A DNA stretch of 64,000 nt from an uncultured bacterium (GTDB taxonomy: Bacteria > Bacteroidota > Rhodothermia > Balneolales > DATFMH01), in contig CAWBCD010000006.1 of the NCBI GenBank assembly GCA_963787205.1, positions 171,009 through 235,008 of the forward strand, given 5' to 3'. Made by a program: the position numbers and the translations under genes. Position 1 is the stretch's first letter; each line of letters starts with the position of its first letter. Shown here piece by piece: positions 57,388 to 64,000 of this stretch. Under the pieces are notes generated by a model. It worked only from the letters and a program-made list of their open reading frames with translations. It did not search any database and had not been told where the DNA came from.

Positions 57388-58446
57388 TTAAATTTTTATA
57401 AACGTCTGTCGTTGCTCAACATATCTTAAAAAATGAATCGATATACAATTACAACCAAATAAAAAGCAAACAACAAGCAAAAGGGCATAGTTAAAACAAG
57501 CATAGATCAGTAGCATTAGATCCTTTTTTGAAAAACCCATCTTCTCATTTGTGTCCGATTCGGAAAGATAATATTTGAATATCTTCCTTATTGCGGCCGT
57601 GGACGTCTTGTTTAAGTTTGGAGTATCCAGCCAATCACTCATCAGCCAATATCCATCCAGATATACAAAGGGCCATAGTTGAAATAGTGCCGCGGAGCAG
57701 ATCACAAAACAACTTTCGAGAAACATAAGATTCTTTGTTCCCAGATATATCGCCGCAAGGAAAAGCCCTATAAGTAATTGGATGTAAATACCCGCCATAT
57801 TAATGTAGAGCCGTTCTTTTTTGGGAAGCATCCAAATTCCATGAATATCAGCCCAAAAGACTGGAAAGATCAGGTACATACCAAAACCGACCCCACCATG
57901 TCTGCCACCATATCGTTTGCAGGCGCTGATATGCCCTAATTCGTGTGCCACGACCGAGAACATAAAAAACCCGATCATATACCAGAATTGGCTTGGAGTC
58001 AGAGCGTAAGCCAGGTCAATGTACCCATAGTGAAAAAATATATAGCACGAACTCACTATGGCTAATAAAAAGACAACGGGAAACAGTTTCCTGTTATACA
58101 GGGGGGATATGAGTCGCGACAGACTACCAGCTAATCTTTCTGGTATTAAAGTAAGCCGCAAACGCACATGCTTTTTTTGCTTATGGACTAAGTCATCTCC
58201 ATCCAGCAATATTTGCTTGCCATTGAAAATTTCCCGTACATGCTCCTCAAACTCACTTGCTGATTCAATATCAGCATTTGAAACATTATACAGACGAAAA
58301 GCCTCTTCAAAGTCCTTTGATTTTTTCAAGATGTTTATCAGCGCATACGAATCCTCGTTGATAACAAAGTACCTGTTGCTTCCATTATGGAGCATATAAC
58401 TCTCTTTACCATATTTTGATAATTCAATCTGCTGCGAAACTAACAT
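57388..58446 (-). CDS. PqqD-like (RRE-like) domain fused to an M50/site-2-type membrane metalloprotease, intact copy A
   Basis: N-terminus YMLHNGSNRYFVINEDSYALINILKKSKDFEEAF.. fits the PqqD-family pattern. The membrane part has a TM-embedded HELGH and a later FQLWPFVYLDGYW (the LDG motif of M50/S2P). Confidence 0.7.
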   Translation of the reverse strand: MLVSQQIELSKYGKESYMLHNGSNRYFVINEDSYALINILKKSKDFEEAFRLYNVSNADIESASEFEEHVREIFNGKQILLDGDDLVHKQKKHVRLRLTLIPERLAGSLSRLISPLYNRKLFPVVFLLAIVSSCYIFFHYGYIDLAYALTPSQFWYMIGFFMFSVVAHELGHISACKRYGGRHGGVGFGMYLIFPVFWADIHGIWMLPKKERLYINMAGIYIQLLIGLFLAAIYLGTKNLMFLESCFVICSAALFQLWPFVYLDGYWLMSDWLDTPNLNKTSTAAIRKIFKYYLSESDTNEKMGFSKKDLMLLIYACFNYALLLVVCFLFGCNCISIHFLRYVEQRQTFIKI

Positions 58447-58497
58447 AATATCTGTACCTGGTTTTGAGCTTAAGCAAAAATAATTACCAGTTTATCC

Positions 58498-61023
58498 CTA
58501 TTTTATCAATAACATTTTTCTTGTTTGCACAAACACATGTCCGTCGGATGAATGTGCAATGATTCGATATAAATAAGTCCCGCTTGAATAAGACGCTGCA
58601 CTCCACTCATAATGATAGGTTCCTGCAGCTTGTTCAGAATTAACCAACTGAGCCACTCTCTGTCCCAAAATGTTATAAATTTCAAGTGTTACTTTGGACC
58701 TGCTGCTTAAGCTGTAATTAATATTTGTAGTTGGATTAAAAGGATTGGGATAGTTTGCCGAAAGTTCCGTTTTATCTGGTATGTTTAAAACCGGCTTCTC
58801 TATTGCCACCGTAGTTTTTGGCATAATGTGATAATTGAGAGAATTCACCGAAATCCTGCCTGAATATTCGTCAAGACTAACACCGGCAACCGAGATAACG
58901 ACATCGGCTTCTTTAGAAGCACTAATATGCAGCGTTCCCAACGTACCGGTCGAAAAGCTATCTGCTTCGGCAATTGCCAGACTAAAAACGTTCTGATCAT
59001 AATAGGTCTGATATTGTGCATTATGCCAAACACTACCCGTCGTGTCGAAGGTGACAGAGTTAATTACCCCCGCAGGCAATGCAAGCCGGACAACAAAGGA
59101 CGAGAAATGGTGTCCGCTCTGGTTATTGAGCTTCAAAACCAGGGGATTGTCACCCGAAGCAGTGGTATCACCCTTGTCTAGTTGCAGATCAACCGGGTCT
59201 GCCGGGCTGGTTGCAGGATTTCCTGTTACACTCTTAGCTGCCGAATAAACATCCGTTTCCGGACCATAATTATCGTGATTACTGTCTTTCGCAAAATATT
59301 TATCCGATCCGTCCAAATGCCTCATGATCAATGAAGCATCATAAGTCGATATCGTGCCGTCGCCTGACAGATCGGACCCGACGAGTTGATCAATATATGT
59401 ATCACCGTTTATGGCAATATTTGAAAGGATATTATTTACATCTGTCTTATCTAAGAAACCATCCTCATTGTAATCTCCATAAAGAACATCATTGTCACCA
59501 ACCAACAGGCGACTGGTTGCGGTGGTTGACGAGGATACATTAGCTGTCACAATGCCAAGGTCTGAAAGGTTCTCCCAACTCCACGGTGTCTGTATATGTA
59601 TCTGACCTGTTTCCGGGTGAGTTGTTTGAATGATCTCCTTTGTTGAACCATCTTTAAATGTTGCCAGCAAACCGACATCCATCTGATTTGATGATGAGTA
59701 CAGGCTAACCATAACGGGTCCGGTACTCGATCCTGGAACTATTTCCTGATAATTGGCCGAGAGTCTGTTGGAATAAAGCCGTAAACTGAACCCGGATGGA
59801 GGTTGATCATATTCATGAATCACTCGGGAGGTCGGATAATTCATCCGTTCCTGAAAACCATAATCAGCCGGTGACCGATGCCCCGATGCATAATGCCACA
59901 ACTCAGATTCTACAAAAGTCTTTGGAAACGTTGCGTTATAATCGTTTTCCAGCACATATGTCATGCTGTTGATATAGCTGTCATTCGTCCGGGAGATATA
60001 TGCCCATACCTTTCGCCAGAAACCAATGCCGTACTTCTGTAAATAGTATAACGCAAACGTGACCTGGTAATAACTGCCCGGATAAATCGAGTACTGTGGA
60101 TTATTAAATATCGAACTCGGGCTCTTGAGGTAGTTGTAATAATCGTTCACCGTGTCAAAGACGGCCTCTTCCATCATGACGGCATCCATTTCAAGCCAAC
60201 GGGCACTCTCTCCGGACCATCCATCATCAATATATTGGATGGCATGTTTGAACTCATGGGCAATTGTGACTTTCAGATCACCCTTTACCTTACCATCAGG
60301 ATCGGTATTCGGAGGAAAGCCGCTGAGCGCAAAATCACAGTGAACCTTCATCTCAGGGTTTCCCTGGCTGTTAATATAGGTATAGCCGTAGGTGGGGCTA
60401 TTATCATTTCCGAGTCTGGCAAAACGGATTACAAATGCCGTTGTATCCGGTATCGGATCGCTAAAGCCCATGATCTTCACTTCCGTGTCGTAGACTGAGT
60501 CGGCATACTGCCCCGCCCATTCAACGTAATCGGGAATACCATCGTTATTGGCATCAGCTGTCGGGACTGCGTCCGGACTACTCGGGTCAGTTGTATAATA
60601 CAACTTGAATTTCCCGGAAGGTGACATATATATTTGGTTATCCCCGGATCCGGCAGAAGTAAGGTAATGATTAATGATATTTTGTGTACTTTTAGAGAGT
60701 GTTTTGCGGGACAACTCGTATTCTACAACTGCTGGAGTAAAACACTTTACAGGTTGCGACTGTGAACTCTCCACCTTTAGATAGCGCGCCGGTAATTTTG
60801 AAGGGTCGAATTCACTATAAAACTGATATAACAACGCATCTTGATGACTAATTTTATTCTGCTGAAAATCCTGATCGATCCGGATAGCGACGGATGAATA
60901 CGGTTGTGGAGCATAATCAGATTGAGCCGTCACCTGAGCATGGGTAGCTAAAGGGACAACAGCGCCAATGATTAGTAGAATGATAATTTTAATATGATTA
61001 TTACGTAGGCTCATATAATTCAC
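58498..61023 (-). CDS. Secreted HExxH zinc metalloprotease with dockerin-like and cohesin-like modules and a T9SS CTD
   Basis: Signal peptide. VTIAHEFKHAIQY. Dockerin repeats DYNEDGFLDKTDVNNIL and DLSGDGTISTYDASLIMRHL. CTD NYPNPFNPTTNINYSL..GTYLYRIIA..KMLLIK. Confidence 0.75.
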   Translation of the reverse strand: MNYMSLRNNHIKIIILLIIGAVVPLATHAQVTAQSDYAPQPYSSVAIRIDQDFQQNKISHQDALLYQFYSEFDPSKLPARYLKVESSQSQPVKCFTPAVVEYELSRKTLSKSTQNIINHYLTSAGSGDNQIYMSPSGKFKLYYTTDPSSPDAVPTADANNDGIPDYVEWAGQYADSVYDTEVKIMGFSDPIPDTTAFVIRFARLGNDNSPTYGYTYINSQGNPEMKVHCDFALSGFPPNTDPDGKVKGDLKVTIAHEFKHAIQYIDDGWSGESARWLEMDAVMMEEAVFDTVNDYYNYLKSPSSIFNNPQYSIYPGSYYQVTFALYYLQKYGIGFWRKVWAYISRTNDSYINSMTYVLENDYNATFPKTFVESELWHYASGHRSPADYGFQERMNYPTSRVIHEYDQPPSGFSLRLYSNRLSANYQEIVPGSSTGPVMVSLYSSSNQMDVGLLATFKDGSTKEIIQTTHPETGQIHIQTPWSWENLSDLGIVTANVSSSTTATSRLLVGDNDVLYGDYNEDGFLDKTDVNNILSNIAINGDTYIDQLVGSDLSGDGTISTYDASLIMRHLDGSDKYFAKDSNHDNYGPETDVYSAAKSVTGNPATSPADPVDLQLDKGDTTASGDNPLVLKLNNQSGHHFSSFVVRLALPAGVINSVTFDTTGSVWHNAQYQTYYDQNVFSLAIAEADSFSTGTLGTLHISASKEADVVISVAGVSLDEYSGRISVNSLNYHIMPKTTVAIEKPVLNIPDKTELSANYPNPFNPTTNINYSLSSRSKVTLEIYNILGQRVAQLVNSEQAAGTYHYEWSAASYSSGTYLYRIIAHSSDGHVFVQTRKMLLIK

Positions 61024-61037
61024 CTGTATCCAAACCC

Positions 61038-61078
61038 CAGAGACTGTCTTTTTACCCCTGGAAACTTGACAGTCTCTG
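61038..61078. promoter_or_regulatory. 11-bp perfect inverted repeat CAGAGACTGTC-N19-GACAGTCTCTG just upstream of the metalloprotease start
   Basis: Read directly from the sequence. It lies 15-55 nt upstream of the start codon at 61023 (minus strand). Confidence 0.4.
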
Positions 61079-61191
61079 TTTAACTGAAAACAATTTAACG
61101 TAAATTGAACTCTATATGCAATCTAAGTCCAGTAACGTTAGAGAGTTACAAGATTATAATTTGTTAATATCGCATTTAAAGTTAGAAGTCC

Positions 61192-62148
61192 ATGTATAGC
61201 AGTATCTTGTATTATAAATTCACTCATATAGAAGACCCTCAAGCATTTAGAGAAAAGCATATAGCACTTTGCCGGGAATTGGGAATCCTGGGCCGTATCT
61301 ATATTTCGCACGAGGGGTTGAATGGAACAGCGGCAGCCGATGAAACACAGATAGAGCTTTATAAGACAGAATTACGGCAGGAACCAGGCTTCGAAGACAT
61401 CGCTTTTAAGCAGGAAAAAACAGAAAGCATCCCTTTTGACAAACTTAAAGTGAAGATTCGCCAGGAAATTGTAGCACTGAAATCTGACCTCCCAATTGAT
61501 CCATCTGAAGATGGCAAAGGCTATATGAACCCGCACGAATGGCGTAAAATGATGGAATCAGATGAGGATTTCGTCATGATTGATGTACGCAATAATTATG
61601 AATCGCGGGTTGGCCATTTTGAAGGAGCTCTAACACCTGATCTAGATAATTTCTATGATTTTCCAAAATGGATTGATGATGCAGACATTGATAAAAATAA
61701 AAAGATACTGATGTACTGCACAGGTGGCATTCGTTGCGAAAAATTTTCTATCCTGATGCGCAACAAAGGCTATGATGATGTGTACCAGTTACACGGTGGA
61801 ATTTTAAATTATAAACATGAACAGAATGGAGCCCATTTCAAGGGAAAATGTTTTGTATTTGACGACCGGTTAACGGTGCCTGTAAATCCGGAAGACAATG
61901 ATCCTCTTACCCAATGTGAAATAACCGGAACGCCTTGTGATACTTATATCAACTGCGCCAATATGGAGTGCAACAGACTATTTATTTGTTCGGAAGAGGG
62001 TGCCAGACTAATGGAGGGTTGTTGCAGTGAAGAATGTAAAAACAGTCCATATAAACGACCATTTAATCCCGATGATGTCTATTCACCATTTCGTAAATGG
62101 TATCACTACTTTGGGCAGGAATTTAAAGAAAGGCATGTCGATTCGTGA
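61192..62148 (+). CDS. trhO: Rhodanese-domain tRNA uridine(34) hydroxylase TrhO (UPF0176/YceA)
   Basis: LYYKFT..GRIYISHEGLNG and the rhodanese active loop YCTGGIRCEK. Confidence 0.85.
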   Translation: MYSSILYYKFTHIEDPQAFREKHIALCRELGILGRIYISHEGLNGTAAADETQIELYKTELRQEPGFEDIAFKQEKTESIPFDKLKVKIRQEIVALKSDLPIDPSEDGKGYMNPHEWRKMMESDEDFVMIDVRNNYESRVGHFEGALTPDLDNFYDFPKWIDDADIDKNKKILMYCTGGIRCEKFSILMRNKGYDDVYQLHGGILNYKHEQNGAHFKGKCFVFDDRLTVPVNPEDNDPLTQCEITGTPCDTYINCANMECNRLFICSEEGARLMEGCCSEECKNSPYKRPFNPDDVYSPFRKWYHYFGQEFKERHVDS

Positions 62149-63074
62149 CCGGATCATCCATCCCCATTCATATAGTTGCTCCCTATACCAGTCAGCATAC
62201 TGTCAGGATCTCTGACAAAGAATCCGGATATTTGTTATTGGCGTGGCTGGTAAAGCGATTTCCATTTCGGGACCATCCACAATGGGTCGAACGAATAGCT
62301 GCCGGGTTGATCCATATCAACGGATCGACAGGACATCATAATCAGATATTGCATCGGGGAGATAACGTCACCTTAACCAATCCACATGTTGTTGAGCCGG
62401 CCGTCCCAGATGAGATCAGGGTAGTTGATAACCAAACCGAATATCTCGTTGTGGATAAACCCGCTCCCATGCCCGTTCATCCAGGAGGCCGATACAACAA
62501 AAATTCACTCATTCGGCTTCTTGAGGATCGGGGATATTGCTCTCTTAAAATCGTACACCGTTTGGATGCTGTTACTTCTGGAATTCTTTTACTGGCCAAA
62601 ACACCTGATTTTGCCCGGCATGTTACCTATTTATTCTCACAAGGAAACATCCAAAAAAAATATATTGCCATCGTACGCGGCGTTCCTGCTGATGATGAAG
62701 TAGAAATCAACCAACCAATCAGAAGGAAATCGGGGCATGTGTTTGAATGGCATCATGATCATCAGACAGGGAAAAAGGCTATAAGCAGGTTCAGGGTCAT
62801 TAAAAGATTACATGACAGAACCATCGTATCATGCACGCCTGTAACGGGACGAACTCATCAGCTTCGCCTTCATCTGCAGTTCTGGGGGCACCCCGTCATT
62901 GATGACCCATTGTATTCACGCGACTTCACCGAGCCGCATCATGCGCCACAACGCGCTGCCATAAGTCTCAGACATGTAAGCCTGAGCATTCCGGACCTGG
63001 GTCTTGACTATCAATTAAATCCGTACTTTACTATAGAATCTGGTCTATCTGAATCGGAACCGACCCTGACATAA
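62145..63074 (+). CDS. RluA-family pseudouridine synthase
   Basis: VVDKPAPMPVHPGG and the catalytic HRLDAVTSGILLLAK. Overlaps trhO by 4 nt. Confidence 0.85.
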   Translation: MTGSSIPIHIVAPYTSQHTVRISDKESGYLLLAWLVKRFPFRDHPQWVERIAAGLIHINGSTGHHNQILHRGDNVTLTNPHVVEPAVPDEIRVVDNQTEYLVVDKPAPMPVHPGGRYNKNSLIRLLEDRGYCSLKIVHRLDAVTSGILLLAKTPDFARHVTYLFSQGNIQKKYIAIVRGVPADDEVEINQPIRRKSGHVFEWHHDHQTGKKAISRFRVIKRLHDRTIVSCTPVTGRTHQLRLHLQFWGHPVIDDPLYSRDFTEPHHAPQRAAISLRHVSLSIPDLGLDYQLNPYFTIESGLSESEPTLT

Positions 63075-63679
63075 TGCCACGCACCTCGCTTCATACTATC
63101 AAAACCCTGGGATTCTTGTCCCTGTTGACGATTTTATTCGTCCAGGCTTGTGGTGTGTTTGAAACGAGGAAGGCTCAGCCACCACAGGCCGGCGATGGGT
63201 CGACCTTTATCCAACCAGATCAGCCTGATATTGTTATCACCAATCTGCAGAATGCCATAAAGTCTATGAACACGCAAAACTATCTGCGTTGTTTCTCGGA
63301 CAGTACGTTCACTTTTGATGCCACAACAGCTTCGAAGCAGTCGAATCCTGGGCTTTGGGACAATTGGAATAAAGCTTCTGAACAAATTTATTTTAATAAC
63401 CTGAGTGCTGCTGCTCAAAACCTTACAGGCGATCAGCTGCAATTGAGCAATCAAAGCAGTGTTCAGTCGTCTGCCATGGATCAATTCAGCGCCGATTATA
63501 CTTTAACGGTAATCCACAACAGGAGCAGCAGCGGAATACCGACCGTTGCAAGCGGCAGGTTGATTTTCATTATCAAGGCGGATTCTTACGGATTATGGTA
63601 CATCACATCATGGACTGATATCGGGACTGGCAGCACTTTTACTTGGAGTGATCTGAAGGTTGCATTTATAAAGGGTTAA
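63074..63679 (+). CDS. Hypothetical lipoprotein
   Basis: Lipobox LFVQAC at the end of a signal peptide. No further motif. Confidence 0.55.
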   Translation: MPRTSLHTIKTLGFLSLLTILFVQACGVFETRKAQPPQAGDGSTFIQPDQPDIVITNLQNAIKSMNTQNYLRCFSDSTFTFDATTASKQSNPGLWDNWNKASEQIYFNNLSAAAQNLTGDQLQLSNQSSVQSSAMDQFSADYTLTVIHNRSSSGIPTVASGRLIFIIKADSYGLWYITSWTDIGTGSTFTWSDLKVAFIKG

Positions 63680-63734
63680 GCTCCATTTATGATGTCTCGA
63701 TAACATTTACAAGAAACGACGATTAATTATTGCT

Positions 63735-64000
63735 ATGAAAAAAAATATTATTTGTGATCTCGATGGCGTAATCATGCGGGACAATGAGCTGATCAAAGGT
63801 GCCGACCGGTTTGTTGATCAGGTTCTCAATAATGGTTACAAGCTTTTATTCCTGACGAATTATTCATCACAAACCCCGATTGATCTCAAGAGCCGTCTCT
63901 CAATAGCTGGTCTCGATGTTCCCAAAGAGCTCTTTTATACTTCTGCCATGGCAACCGCAGCATTCCTTGAAAAACAGGAAGGCCGGCGCGCCTATGTAAT
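63735..64000 (+). CDS. HAD-IIA family hydrolase (NagD-like), N-terminal part; continues beyond the window
   Basis: MKKNIICDLDGVIMRDNELIKGA..LLFLTNYSSQTP. Confidence 0.75.
   Translation, partial: MKKNIICDLDGVIMRDNELIKGADRFVDQVLNNGYKLLFLTNYSSQTPIDLKSRLSIAGLDVPKELFYTSAMATAAFLEKQEGRRAYV

Overview
The window is about 42-45% GC by eye, with several clearly GC-richer blocks. It probably comes from an FCB-group bacterium (Bacteroidota, Rhodothermota or Ignavibacteriota-like). The evidence is four secreted proteins ending in T9SS type-A C-terminal sorting domains (NYPNPFNPTT...YFYRLQ) and a PorX-like REC+PglZ regulator. Most of the window is ordinary chromosome. It holds housekeeping genes (metK 3' end, rlmI, leucine dehydrogenase, sseA, recJ, tRNA-Phe, scpA, pruA, comEA, tsaE, thiamine pyrophosphokinase, hemW, trhO, an rluA-family gene). 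It also holds an ion and stress block: hemolysin III, a thioredoxin-like protein, stand-alone core merA, an APC permease-USP fusion, a P3A-type H+-ATPase, a CDF exporter and MarR/HTH_34 regulators. Three regions look accessory. (1) At 51.9-58.4 kb on the minus strand there are three tandem modules. Each has a PqqD-like (RRE-like) domain fused to an M50/site-2-type membrane metalloprotease, followed by a small Cys-containing peptide gene with a shared E-E-[LV]-x-x-R-[VI]-E-F leader motif and its own terminator. An unknown helical protein and a MauE-thioredoxin fusion sit with them. I consider this the best candidate for an undescribed peptide maturation/export system. (2) Downstream of tRNA-Phe (26-33 kb) is a low-density island with about 120-nt attC-like repeats separating unrelated small cassettes (GIY-YIG-like, membrane protein, AbiV-like). 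It also carries a duplicated small-ORF module and a GC-rich IS21 element with a 5-bp target duplication. (3) At 39.7-43.5 kb is a GC-mosaic LVIVD/CARDB/T9SS surface-protein gene broken by several frame changes. recJ, the sseA 5' end, both IS21 genes and two of the three protease paralogs also carry frame disruptions. These could be real decay or local sequence error. I found no CRISPR array and no rRNA. All family assignments come from motifs read by eye; no searches were run.
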